Origin: an uncultured Chloroflexia bacterium
GTDB lineage: Bacteria; Chloroflexota; Anaerolineae; Anaerolineales; UBA4823
Direction of reading: 5' to 3'
DNA length: 64,000 nt
Assembly (NCBI GenBank): GCA_963743215.1
Contig: CAVUOY010000008.1
Span: 256,275-320,274, forward strand
Part shown: piece by piece, positions 1 to 10,014 of the stretch
Position numbering within the stretch: the first letter of the stretch is position 1
Layout: the number at the start of each line of letters is the position of its first letter
Made by a program: the position numbers and the translations under genes
Notes under the pieces: generated by a model
The model's database searches: none
Seen by the model: only the letters and a program-made list of their open reading frames with translations
What the model was told of the DNA's origin: nothing

Positions 1-262
1 GATGGGCTTTTCCGCGACGATGTGCATCAATGACCAAATGGCGAGCTATGGTGAACAACCAGCAGATTGCATCATGATCGTCGCCCCTAAATCTAAGCCT
101 GGCTTTCCACGCGCGTAGATAGGTATCACAAGTTAAATCCTCAACTTCTTCAAGTGGCCCACCATGCAGGCCATAAATAAAGCGGAAGATGATAATCTGG
201 GTACGGGTAAATAGATTACTAAAGGCTTCAGGATCCTGCAGCGGTGGTTGTGAGGCTTGCAT
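1..262 (-). CDS. ECF-type (sigma-70 family) RNA polymerase sigma factor, N-terminal part; gene runs off the window edge
   Basis: Own minus-strand translation from ATG at 262..260 gives MQASQPPLQDPEAFSNLFTRTQIIIFRFIYGLHGGPLEEVEDLTCDTYLRAWKARLRFRGDDHDAICWLFTIARHLVIDAHRRGKAH... This matches the sigma region 2 pattern (EDLTxxTYLRAWK ... WLFTIARxxxIDxxRR). It is not in the ORF track because no stop lies in the window. Confidence 0.75.
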   Translation of the reverse strand, partial: MQASQPPLQDPEAFSNLFTRTQIIIFRFIYGLHGGPLEEVEDLTCDTYLRAWKARLRFRGDDHDAICWLFTIARHLVIDAHRRGKAH

Positions 263-307
263 GACCGATTCACATGGATAAACGGAATAAGAACAACAAT
301 CTGACAG

Positions 308-1102
308 TCAATCTTCTTGAGAGCGTTTCGTTCCCCGTTTCGGTGATACTCTCTTAGCAGTTGGCTTGGACTTGTACCCCGTTCCAGGTATTTTTTGAGT
401 TTTTAAGCCTTCGATCTCCGTAGGGGTTAAATATTTCCATTGACCTGATTTCAAAGTTCCCAAGCGCAAGCTCCCGATCCTCAAGCGGATGATACTCACC
501 ACGGGTAAACCGATCTGGCGGCAGGTATCACGTATCTGCCGTTTTCGACCTTCCTTCATAATGACACGCACCCAGGTACCTTTGCCAGAGTTGGATTCAA
601 TATCCACCTGGACAGGCGCGCATTGATAGCCATCTTCCAAAACAACACCATGACGCCAAGCCATCAGCTGTTTTTCATCGGGATGACGGGCCAAAAGGAC
701 GCGATATTCTTTCTCGTGCCCATAGCGAGGATGGGTGAGCTGATTGGCTAAGTCGCCATCGTTAGTCAGCAGGATCAAGCCTTCACTGTCTACATCGAGG
801 CGACCAACCGGATAGAGTGTGCCTTCAACAGGTACCAGACTACGCACAGTTGGGCGAGGGTCGGGTGCAGTGACGGAGGATAAAACTCCCCTGGGTTTGT
901 ACATAGCGATATACTGAAACGATTCAGGACGCTTAATCAATTTACCGTCCAGCTTGATTTGATCCTTTTGGACATCCGCTTTGGATCCAAGAAGTGCTTT
1001 TTGGCCATTAACAGTCACCCGACCTGCGCTGATAAATTCTTCGCATGAGCGGCGTGAACCATAACCTGCAGCGGCTAAAATTTTTTGTAATCTTTCTTCC
1101 AT
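308..1102 (-). CDS. rluB: 23S rRNA pseudouridine synthase, RluB/RsuA family
   Basis: 264-aa ORF. It has an S4 RNA-binding N-terminus (RLQKILAAAGYGSRRSCEEFISAGRVTVNG), a pseudouridine synthase core (YIAMYKPRGVLSS, VGRLDVDSEGLILLTNDGDLANQLTHPRYGHEKEY) and a basic C-terminal tail. Confidence 0.85.
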   Translation of the reverse strand: MEERLQKILAAAGYGSRRSCEEFISAGRVTVNGQKALLGSKADVQKDQIKLDGKLIKRPESFQYIAMYKPRGVLSSVTAPDPRPTVRSLVPVEGTLYPVGRLDVDSEGLILLTNDGDLANQLTHPRYGHEKEYRVLLARHPDEKQLMAWRHGVVLEDGYQCAPVQVDIESNSGKGTWVRVIMKEGRKRQIRDTCRQIGLPVVSIIRLRIGSLRLGTLKSGQWKYLTPTEIEGLKTQKIPGTGYKSKPTAKRVSPKRGTKRSQED

Positions 1103-1147
1103 ATGAAAAATATCCTTATCGTTGATGGAGTACTTAATTGAGATGGT

Positions 1148-4100
1148 TTACGAATGCAATGAAAGGCGAATGGTCTTGATTTCGAAAGGACGAAAGTCAA
1201 GGTTAATGCATCCTCGGTCAATAGACAAATCACTATGAAATCTCTCAAGCATATCGGTTTGTGAAACCTTTTTGACTGGTAAAGAAGTGGTCAGAATACA
1301 ATGGGTCAGATTGCGCTTGGATTCATACAGTCGCAAAATGACATCGTCTGAACCATCCTCAGCGAGCTTGACAGTTTCCAGGATTATATTTGCGGCATCT
1401 AAGTTGAACAGTGAGGCAAATCCGCTCGCTCCAGGGAGTATCAATAATGGGGAGTTCAACGCATAGGCTTCACGGATCACATCGCAGTCTCCAAAACTGC
1501 CATTCCAGTAATAAATTGCATAGGTAAAGGTTTGTAGTCCTTTATCAGCAAGCTGGTCGGGTGCCAGAGCAGACTTGAGCAGGGTCAGGTTCATGCTATT
1601 GCCCAAGACATTGATCCCATATTTGCAATCATTTAGGATTGCCACACCTCGATTTTCTTCAGCTAATGCAGTCCACTTGTGATTGCAGACCTCAAAGCGG
1701 TCGGCATCGAAAGGCCGGGAGCGATGGTTCGGACGGCGTATATGCCCAAACTGGATCTCGTGGATGGCTTCATTGGCGTGTATAGTGACTGGAAAGGCAA
1801 CCTTTAAGAGCTTATGGCTTTCCTGCCAATCAACGGTGGTGGCGAAATCAAGCCTGCGGCTGTTTTTACGCAAGCTGATCAATTGGGTGAAGGTGGAATT
1901 ATGAATCGTGCGAGTTAGCTTAATACTCGCCAGGTCACTTGTGGCTTGCGCTATCTCCAATTTGACTGGTTCATCCGTTGACATCAGCAAGTCTTCTGCC
2001 ATGCTGTCGATATCCCAGGCGTCAAAGCGAGCAGGGATATCCTTGTAGAGGCACAATCGATTGCCTGCGCTGGCGATCATCTCAACACCAGTTTCCTTAT
2101 CTACCAGGCTGATGAGCTCACCGCGAGGGTTGAAATTCGCGAGCAGAAGGTCGTTTTCAAGGCTGGTCTCGGTGACTTTTACGACAGATTTGCGTTTGGA
2201 TTCCGGTTTTAGCTTGGATGCATTCGCATTCTTAATCGTCGTCCATCCACAAGCAGGAACGGTGACTTGAATAGATCCTTGGGGTAAATTAATCAGCTCG
2301 GTCCGTTCCCAGGAAAGAGAATTGAAGACGGTGACGGAATCTATATCGTTTGAATTTACCAATGCCTGGGCTGCGGATTGAGCTATTTTTGTGGCATCAG
2401 AAATCACCTGGGAATATGCTAGCGATGCTTCTTCGTATACCCTGTGAATGGAAGAACCAGGCAAGATGTCATGGAATTGGTTTACTAAAACTCGTTGCCA
2501 GTCAGGCTGGAGGTCTTCAGCGGAAAAAGCATGACCTTTAATTGAGTGAGCCACGGTTCCCCAGAATTCAGCTTCACGTAACGCAAATTCACAACGCCGG
2601 TTACCCAATTTCGTTTTTGCCTGTGAAGTATATGTACCACGGTGAGCTTGAAAATACAGCTCACCCACATAGCGTTCTTTGGGTAATCCCTGGCGTTTTA
2701 GATCTGCAAAGAATTCTTTTGGAGAGGAAAGCTTTACCCTTGGGACGCCCTCCAGATCTTCCAGGCGTGATAAATATTCAAGGTGATCACGGGTGGGTCC
2801 ACCCCCGCCATCGCCCCAGCCAAACGATAGAAGCATGGAACTGATGCCATCCTTTTGTAAGCGTGTTTCCCAACGATCCAATATGCTTCCGGGTCTGGTG
2901 TGGCTGTTGTAGTCGGTAAATATATGAGTTGGAATAGTCGAACCATCTATACCTTCCCATAGAAAGGTGTTATATGGGAAAGGATCACCCCCGTGATAGG
3001 TCCAGGCAATCTTTTGGGTAGCAAAGCTGGAGCAACCGCAACCGAGCAGGATTTGTGGAAGTGAGCCTGAGTATCCGAATACATCTGGCAGCCACATAAC
3101 TTCCACATCCTTGGAGAATTCCTGTTTCATGAATTGTTTGCCAGCCATAATTTGACGAATCAGGCTTTCTCCACCGGTAATATTCGTGTCTGCTTCGACC
3201 CACATCGCTCCATCGGGAATGACCTTACCTGCCAATAAAGCCTGCTTAAAGCGTTCATACAACTCAGGATAGTGATCCTTGAGCATTCGGTAAAGCTGAG
3301 GTTGCGATTGGAGGAAGCGGTAATCAGGATATTCTTCCATAAGAGCGAGCTGATTGATCACAGTGCGAGCAATCTTGCGATCTGTTTCGGCAAATGGCCA
3401 GAGCCAGGCAACGTCGATGTGAGCATGACCGAATGCAAAAAAGGTAGGTGTGGTGGAGCCATTGACACACGCTAATAATGGCTGCAAACGTTCTCGCCCC
3501 AGGTTAACCGTCTCCAACATTTCCGGTTCAGGCAGCTCAAGATCAATAAGCAGGGTAACATCTTTTAAACCCTGATCAATCTCGGAAACGCGGAGGGATG
3601 ATTGGTCCAACCGGTTACGAAGCTCGAAGAGGGTGGTAAAGTCCAACGCCAGCTGATATGCCTGTTCGCGCCAGATGCCAAAATGACTTTCACCGACTGA
3701 AACCTGTGTTTTTCCCGGTTCCGGTACAGATGCATGGCCATAACGGATTGGACCGCCACCCATCACCAATGGACCATGACCGGCATAAGCTTCCACCAGG
3801 ATGTCGAAATTAGTTCCGGGGATACCATTTGTGGTGAGGGTGATCTCCCTGCGGGCTAAACCAAAAGAGCCGATGATCTTCCCATTTGCCCAAACCAGGC
3901 ACTCACCATCTTCGGGTGGCTTGGCAGCAGGATTCATATACAGGACGATGCGCCTCCCGGCTGCTTTTTCAGGCAAAGTTAAATTACTCTGGAACCAGCC
4001 ATACTCCCATTTGGCTCCCCAGGCGGTGCCTTCGGGCATGGGACGAAATTTGTATTTTAGTGCCTGTTCGGGGGTGAGCTGTTTACGAGTGACAAAACCA

Positions 4101-4195
4101 TTAAGTTCCAGGGTAGCTAAGGGTTCATAACAGATTTGCCAGAGGGCATTATCCCAATGAGTGATCCGGTTTAGCCATTCTTTGGTCAAAGTCAT
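1148..4195 (-). CDS. GH38 alpha-mannosidase
   Basis: 1015-aa intact ORF. It carries the GH38 signatures FGHAHIDVAWLWPFAETDRKIARTV, YFQAHRGTYTSQAKTK and VNQFHDILPGSSI. Its start forms an ATGA start/stop overlap with the upstream ORF as currently assembled. Confidence 0.85.
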   Translation of the reverse strand: MTLTKEWLNRITHWDNALWQICYEPLATLELNGFVTRKQLTPEQALKYKFRPMPEGTAWGAKWEYGWFQSNLTLPEKAAGRRIVLYMNPAAKPPEDGECLVWANGKIIGSFGLARREITLTTNGIPGTNFDILVEAYAGHGPLVMGGGPIRYGHASVPEPGKTQVSVGESHFGIWREQAYQLALDFTTLFELRNRLDQSSLRVSEIDQGLKDVTLLIDLELPEPEMLETVNLGRERLQPLLACVNGSTTPTFFAFGHAHIDVAWLWPFAETDRKIARTVINQLALMEEYPDYRFLQSQPQLYRMLKDHYPELYERFKQALLAGKVIPDGAMWVEADTNITGGESLIRQIMAGKQFMKQEFSKDVEVMWLPDVFGYSGSLPQILLGCGCSSFATQKIAWTYHGGDPFPYNTFLWEGIDGSTIPTHIFTDYNSHTRPGSILDRWETRLQKDGISSMLLSFGWGDGGGGPTRDHLEYLSRLEDLEGVPRVKLSSPKEFFADLKRQGLPKERYVGELYFQAHRGTYTSQAKTKLGNRRCEFALREAEFWGTVAHSIKGHAFSAEDLQPDWQRVLVNQFHDILPGSSIHRVYEEASLAYSQVISDATKIAQSAAQALVNSNDIDSVTVFNSLSWERTELINLPQGSIQVTVPACGWTTIKNANASKLKPESKRKSVVKVTETSLENDLLLANFNPRGELISLVDKETGVEMIASAGNRLCLYKDIPARFDAWDIDSMAEDLLMSTDEPVKLEIAQATSDLASIKLTRTIHNSTFTQLISLRKNSRRLDFATTVDWQESHKLLKVAFPVTIHANEAIHEIQFGHIRRPNHRSRPFDADRFEVCNHKWTALAEENRGVAILNDCKYGINVLGNSMNLTLLKSALAPDQLADKGLQTFTYAIYYWNGSFGDCDVIREAYALNSPLLILPGASGFASLFNLDAANIILETVKLAEDGSDDVILRLYESKRNLTHCILTTSLPVKKVSQTDMLERFHSDLSIDRGCINLDFRPFEIKTIRLSLHS

Positions 4196-4923
4196 AAAAT
4201 GATCTCCGCATTTACCGATCTAATAAATTCCCCAGGCGTTACCCGGGAAGTATACCCCACACACCTGAACATTACCCAGATAATAAATATTTTTGCCATG
4301 GTCACAGCGCGACTGGCATCAGCTGCATATCCATCGGCTCCAATTTGCTGAGCAAACTGTTCTGTAAGAGGAGCGCCACCAACTAAAACCTTGACCTGCT
4401 GGCGAAGCCCGGACTTTTCTAATGCATCAATCACGGGTCGCATATTTTGCATGGTGGTGGTGATCAGGGCTGACATGGCGAGGATACCGACATGGTGTTC
4501 GATGACAGCGGACACAAAAGCAGCGGGACAGACATCCACTCCCAGGTCAATCACCTCAAATCCGGATCCTTCGAGCATCATTTTTACCAGATTTTTGCCG
4601 ATGTCATGATAATCTCCTTCGACGGTACCGAGGGCAACTTTTCCAGCTGGATGGGAATCGGAAACTGAGAGGTGAGGTTTTAGCACCTTCATACCCGATT
4701 GCATTGCCCTAGCAGCAACGAGCATTTCTGGCACATAATATTCACCTGCTTCGAACAATCTGCCTACTTCCTGCATGGCGGCAATCATGCCATCGTTCAG
4801 GATAGATATTGGCGGAAGGCCAAGCTTAAGCGCTGATTTGACTTTTAATCGCACTTCTTTGTGATTGCCATTCAAGACGTTTAAGTAAATTTCACTTAAG
4901 ATAGGTTCCATTTTTGGTTTCAA
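4192..4923 (-). CDS. Corrinoid (cobalamin-binding) protein of the MtaC/MtbC/MetH-B12-module type
   Basis: The B12-binding cap region (YYVPEMLVAARAM) is followed by a B12-binding Rossmann domain with the DxHxxG motif (GDYHDIGKNLV) and SALITTT. ATG at 4911 (MEPILSEIY) is likelier than the TTG at 4923. The last 32 aa (IFIIWVMFRCVGYTSRV...) look out of frame. The natural stop is probably at 4272..4274 (see findings). Confidence 0.8.
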   Translation of the reverse strand: MKPKMEPILSEIYLNVLNGNHKEVRLKVKSALKLGLPPISILNDGMIAAMQEVGRLFEAGEYYVPEMLVAARAMQSGMKVLKPHLSVSDSHPAGKVALGTVEGDYHDIGKNLVKMMLEGSGFEVIDLGVDVCPAAFVSAVIEHHVGILAMSALITTTMQNMRPVIDALEKSGLRQQVKVLVGGAPLTEQFAQQIGADGYAADASRAVTMAKIFIIWVMFRCVGYTSRVTPGEFIRSVNAEIIL

Positions 4924-5058
4924 GTACCTGCTTCGGATTTATAGATTGCAAGCAGAATTTATCAGTGATTTTGATGACCTATTTTTACCTTCAAAATCGT
5001 TTGTCAGACATTTAGCCGGCATCAAGAAAATCGAGGCTTTCAAGGTGATCTTCGTGGG

Positions 5059-6690
5059 TCACTGTTCTGATAATCGATAAATTGATCCGGAGATCCCTGC
5101 CATACTGATCCTACACTTCCCATTTTGAAGAATTATATTATTACCAGTTCGGTAAATGTTTTCAGGTCGGCCTGATAGTGGACAAGGGAAATCTACGTCA
5201 ACTCCACGGGAGGATGGATTGATAGCGATAATGTATGTGCCAGAACCGTTTGACCTTTGGTAGACAAACGGATATCTGCCAGGCTCAGCATAGAGGACTT
5301 CAAAATCAGCTGAGGCCTGAAGGGCAGGGTGAGCTTTTCGTATAGCCACTAATCTGCGCACGCGCTGGAGAAGCGAATTTGGGTCAGCTTCCTGTTGCTG
5401 CACGGTTGGGCGATCTGGGGAGGGATCGATTGGCAGATATAACGCTTCAGGTTTTGCGGTTGAAAATCCCGCATTTTCTGAATTGGACCACTGCATGGGT
5501 GTGCGAACGCCTGTGCGTTGAAAACCGCCTTCCTTTGAAACCATCTCATCGATTGAGCGCATCCCAATTTCGTCTCCGTACCAGATGAAAGGCACACCTG
5601 GCATGGTGAGCAGGAACAGGAAGATCAGCTCGAGATCATCAGCAGTCCTGCCTTTACTCAACCGAGGAGTGACATCATGGTTGCCGGAGGGAAGAGCAAT
5701 ATGACCTTTTCCATGCGTGATTTTGTAATGCTTTAGGTAATCATCCAGGAATTCTATGATGTTTCCACTACCAATGGGATCAAAGAAGCTAAAACTATAA
5801 GGGTCAGCGCCACCACCAATCCCGAAAGATTTCCTCAACAGAGCGGTATACCCAGGAGTTCCGAATTGAAGGCAAAAATCCATATGAAACCCGGCCGGAA
5901 TGGCAACCGAAGGCAATCCACCTTCAGAAACCAGGCAGGCATCAGGAAACTCAGCATCCAACCAGGTCCGCATCTCCTGCCAAAGCCTGGTCGTTTCACG
6001 ATGGCCTGTATCTCCTTTTACAAGGGAGAAAGCCATATCCACCCTAAAACCGCTGGCGCCCAATTCGAGCCAGAAACGCATTATATTCTTTAGCTCCTGA
6101 CGCACTCTCAGCGGACCCGGTGCATCCACAGCTTGCTGCCAGGGCTGATAAGGATCAGGATTGGCAAAGCCAAAATTTAATGCTGGCTGAAAGTAAAAGA
6201 AGTTGGTGAGATAGCTGCCATTACGCTGTGAATAACCACTGACGACGTTATAACCAGGGATATTCCAAGTCCAAGCGGAATCTGTCCAAATATAGTAATC
6301 GGTGTACGGATTTCTTTCCGGTTTAGCAGACTCTTTGAACCAAGCATGCTGAATTGAGGTATGGCCCGGCACCAGATCGAGAAGGATTCGAATGCCCCTT
6401 TTTCTGGCAGCTTCAAACAAGTGCTTGAGATCGTCATTGGTGCCATACCGATCTGCAACTTTGTAATAGTCAGCGACATCATATCCAGCATCCTGGAAGG
6501 GGGATTCAAAACATGGATTTAGCCAGCAGGCATTAATTCCAAGTGATTGTATGTAATCCAATTTAGCGATGATGCCTGGGATATCTCCAATCCCATCGCC
6601 ATTCGAGTCATAAAATGTCTGCGGATAGATCTGATAAAATACGGCATCTTCAAGCCATACAGGTGTAGATTTTTGGGTATGATGATCCAT
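5059..6690 (-). CDS. GH13 alpha-amylase-family enzyme (alpha-glucosidase / oligo-1,6-glucosidase-like)
   Basis: 543-aa intact ORF. It contains DGIGDIPGIIAKLDYIQSLGINACWLNPCFESPFQDAGYDVADYYKV, the nucleophile region GFRVDMAFSL, the acid/base region LVSEGG, and SGNHDV. There is a GGAG Shine-Dalgarno (SD) sequence upstream of the ATG. Confidence 0.8.
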   Translation of the reverse strand: MDHHTQKSTPVWLEDAVFYQIYPQTFYDSNGDGIGDIPGIIAKLDYIQSLGINACWLNPCFESPFQDAGYDVADYYKVADRYGTNDDLKHLFEAARKRGIRILLDLVPGHTSIQHAWFKESAKPERNPYTDYYIWTDSAWTWNIPGYNVVSGYSQRNGSYLTNFFYFQPALNFGFANPDPYQPWQQAVDAPGPLRVRQELKNIMRFWLELGASGFRVDMAFSLVKGDTGHRETTRLWQEMRTWLDAEFPDACLVSEGGLPSVAIPAGFHMDFCLQFGTPGYTALLRKSFGIGGGADPYSFSFFDPIGSGNIIEFLDDYLKHYKITHGKGHIALPSGNHDVTPRLSKGRTADDLELIFLFLLTMPGVPFIWYGDEIGMRSIDEMVSKEGGFQRTGVRTPMQWSNSENAGFSTAKPEALYLPIDPSPDRPTVQQQEADPNSLLQRVRRLVAIRKAHPALQASADFEVLYAEPGRYPFVYQRSNGSGTYIIAINPSSRGVDVDFPCPLSGRPENIYRTGNNIILQNGKCRISMAGISGSIYRLSEQ

Positions 6691-6701
6691 AGAAACTCCA
6701 A

Positions 6702-8587
6702 TTATGTTTGATAATCTAATTTCATTTTATCGAAGTAAGATAGACTGGCCATTAATCCACCAATGCGGTTACGTGACAGCCATATTTGTCGATATTGCTT
6801 AATTATTCTATCAATATCCTCTGATAGAGCGATAGGCGAATATTCGGAAGAACCAAATCCGAAAAGACCGCGCATACATGCATGGCGTAATAAATCTATA
6901 GTCAGATCAAATTCACGCTGCAGCAGCTGGTGATCGGAGCGCAATGAGTTATTTGTTGGACGGTTTAAGGTTATCTGGTCAATAACATCAAGTATATGAT
7001 GAAAAACCTGGAGGGCTGATCTGCGATCAAGATTATTTTTCCAATCTTTTATTGGATTCTGCAGAGATATGGAACAATGCAGACGCATTATCAGGTTCAT
7101 AGCCAACCTGATGATAAATATTACCCAGATCGTAAGCCAGTTTACCCATGTGCCCTGCTGGATCGTGGAATGCATATAGACTTAAGGATTCACTCAGCAT
7201 CCAACTCCTTATTGGCTTCAAAGGACCACGCATAAGCAGCCCCAGCAGCAAATCCTAAATAACTCACCGGTAGAACCTGCCAATGACCGTTGTCGCCCCA
7301 ATCGGTAATCAGATAGCCGGTAGATCCATTCTGTATCCCATTTTGAGCAGCATTCGTAAGGTTTGCAAGGCAGTTATCTGTCCGCCCTGCGATAGAATTC
7401 CAGGCAGAAGTGCCAGGGCAGACGTAGAAAGTGACTCCCGATGCGGCGAACAGCTCGGAATGTTCTTTGAATGGGTGACCAGCTTCATAACCCCATTCCA
7501 GGGCAATACAATCTTTTGGTAGTTCACTAATGAGCTCAGGATGAGCTATGATCATATCTCCCCAGAATTGCATACGATACCCTCGCTGGGAAACTTCCTG
7601 GTAGACTTTGAGCAAGAATTCCAGATACACTCGCCCAACTCCGAACTGCTCGCATGCCGTTTTACTGCGACCCTGACCTACATCGAAAGTTTCATCAAAA
7701 CCGACATTGAATTGTCGACTTGAAAAGTGAGGGAGTAATTCATCATAGAGACTTGTCAGGAGGGACATACTGCCCTGATCCAGAGGACACAGACTAAAAG
7801 GACCATCATTCCTACCCCAGGGAAAATCGAAGCCGTCAGGCGCTTCGGCTAAAGGTGCATAGCGGGGTAATTTTAGCCAATGCTCCAGATGACCAAAAGA
7901 ATTCTGGTTGGGGACCAGTTCAACAAAACGATCCCTACAGTATTGATCCAATCTCAGGATTTCTTCACCCGTGAATGGAGACGCATCTACCCACACTTCA
8001 GGATGTTGGTGGTAAGCAAAGGTGTGTTCGGTATATAACTGGAGCTGGTTGATTTTCCAGGATGCCAGCATATCGACTAAGGTGAATAAGGTATCCATCG
8101 TTGGAACCTTATTGCGCGAGATATCGAGCATAACACCCCGGTTAGGAAAACTTGGCCAATCGATGATCTCAAGGCAGGGAAGATGGTCAGCGGGTAAATC
8201 ATCATTCTTGTTATAGGATGGAGAGTAAGATTGGAGAAGTTGTATCAATGTACAACAGGCGTAGAACATCCCCGGATCATCGCGGGCTTCAAGGTAGATT
8301 TGATCTGGAGTTATCCTTAATCGGTACCCCTGGGCTGTATCCATTAATTGGGGGTCTAGTGTGAGGGTGATTGCGAGCTGACCCAATGCTTTGGTCTTAC
8401 CCGCATAGATTTCCAGGTGATTGTGATAAATATCTCCAAAAGCTGTTTGTAACCGTAATGCGGAAAAAAGCAAGTGTTGAGGGCGATCAGTTTCCAGAAG
8501 GATCACACTTTTATCAGATAAATTATACAGACCTTCAGTAAGTTTGATTTTTTGCGGGATTGGTAATAGACTGGGAATATTCTGCAT
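6702..8587 (-). pseudogene. GH20-family glycosidase (hexosaminidase-like), broken by two frameshifts
   Basis: Three ORF-track pieces lie in three frames. 7190..8611 holds the catalytic core (DWPSFPNRGVMLDISRNKVP, QLYTEHTFAY, NVGFDETFDVG). 7033..7251 reads ...ESLSLYAFHDPAGHMGKLAYDLGNIYHQVG. 6702..7175 reads LQNPIKDWKNN...IWLSRNRIGGLMASLSYF. Joining ...FEANKELDA|SESLSLY... and ...ALFHIS|LQNPIKDW... gives one protein of about 625 aa. ATG at 8587 (MQNIPSLLPIPQ) is preferred over the TTG at 8611. Confidence 0.75.
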
Positions 8588-8679
8588 GAGTGTTCTGCCT
8601 GATCTTCTCAAGTATTGATAAGAAAAGTCGATATAATTTACTAATTATACGTGATGATGGTACAAGGATTAGAGGTCAT

Positions 8680-9895
8680 ATGGATCAACCGTTCTTATTA
8701 GGCGTCAATTATTTACCGAGAAAAAAAGCCGTTTACTGGTGGTCAGATTTTGATGCCGGTGAGGTACGGGAAGAGTTTTCCATCATCCGCGAGCTGGGAT
8801 TATCCCTGGTACGGATTTTCCTGTTATGGGACGATTTTCAACCTGCAGCAGATAAGATATCACCAGAATGTTTGAATCATCTGGTGAAAGTCTGTGACAT
8901 TGCTGCAAACTTGAACCTCAAATTAGATGTGACCTTTTTTGCCGGCCATATGAGTGGACCAAATTGGGCTCCTCGCTGGATGTTGCATGGTGAAAAACCG
9001 AGATACATCAAGCAGGTGATCAGCGCAGGAAAGATTGTCGAGAGTGGGTACTTGAATCCTTTTTCTGATGAAAAGGTGCTCAGAGCAGAAAAGTATCAAC
9101 TCCAGACGATAGTACGATTGCTGAAAGACCACCCTGCACTTTGGTGTTGGAATTCTTGGAAATGAACCGGATATATTTGCCTTGCCACCCAGCGATACGA
9201 TCGGTGAAAAATGGGCAGCCGAGATGGTTGAGACGATCCATTCGATTGATCCCGTCCATCCTGTGACATGTGGGTTGCATATTGCCAGCCTGTTATATAA
9301 CAACGGCTTGCGTCTGGACCAGATATTCTCCAAGACAGATTTTGCCGTTATGCATTCTTACCCCATGTACATGCAGGGATTGGTGAGAGACCCACTCGAC
9401 CCTGATTTTGTTCCCTTTACCTGCGCTTTAACGGCTGCTATTTCAGGAAAACCGGTCTTTATGGAGGAATTTGGCGGATGTAGCGCTCCGCCAGGGAAAG
9501 AATCATTTGAGTGGGAATGGATTGGTTATGGTAGAGAAATCAAACAGTTCATGGCTTCTGAAGAAGCATTGGCAGAATATTTTGCTGAGGTTCTACCACG
9601 ATTGGTAGATGTTGGTGTGATAGGAGCAATGCCATGGTGCTTTGCAGATTATGACGAAACCTTGTGGAATCGACCACCATACGATGAGAACTGGCATGAA
9701 CGATTTTTTGGCCTTGTGCGACCTGATGGAAGCTTAAAACCACATGCGAAAATTTTACAGAATTTTGCTGCATCCAAGCCAATGGTAAAGCCAGCGAAGA
9801 GAGTGATTAAACTACCCTATACCGGTACCGATTATTATGAAAACACGCTAGAGAAATTTGTAAATCTATACGAACAGTGGAAAGGTGAGAGCTAG
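8680..9895 (+). pseudogene. Clan GH-A (GH5-like, cellulase/mannanase family) glycoside hydrolase, one frameshift
   Basis: ORFs 8590..9165 and 9182..9895 belong together. Frame 1 reads LLGVNYLP...VRIFLLWDDFQP...LKDHPA. The next frame reads FGVGILGNEPDIFALPPSDTIGEKW..., which holds the NEP acid/base motif. Later comes PVFMEEFGG, the nucleophile motif. The start is ATG 8680 (MDQPFLLGVNY), preceded by AGGATTAGAGG. Confidence 0.75.
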
Positions 9896-10014
9896 TGGAT
9901 GTGTGGGAGACGTGATCAATTTACGTTAGCAATTGGATCGCACAGAGTACATCGGCACAATTTGCAGGCTTGAGGAGATTTATAAAATCGAAAATTATAT
10001 AACGGTGGATAGGA

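Noticed and set aside
4924-5058. Cobalamin riboswitch upstream of the corrinoid-protein gene
   Set aside because: Reading the minus strand of the 135-nt spacer, I found no B12-box-like element (GCCACUG core) and no extended conserved stem pattern. The spacer is AT-rich and unstructured by eye.
6702-7175. 157-aa ORF that could be annotated as an independent hypothetical protein downstream of the GH20 gene
   Set aside because: Only its C-terminal two-thirds look protein-like (LQNPIKDWKNN...WLSRNRIGGLMASLSYF), and that part continues the GH20-like protein. The N-terminal part (MHSTIQQGTWVNWLTIWVIFIIRLAMNLIM) is out-of-frame read-through of the real coding frame.
8923-9333. Long antisense or overlapping ORFs in the six-frame track: 8923..9333(-), 14448..14858(-), 16745..17095(-), 17407..17820(+), 32184..32573(-), 32604..32954(-), 34502..35011(+), 37750..38112(+), 40714..41169(-), 49932..50279(-), 63354..63830(-)
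   Set aside because: Each lies entirely inside, and opposite or out of frame to, a gene with strong family signatures. Their sequences are low-complexity or Arg/Ser/Pro-rich with no recognisable motifs. They are shadow ORFs.
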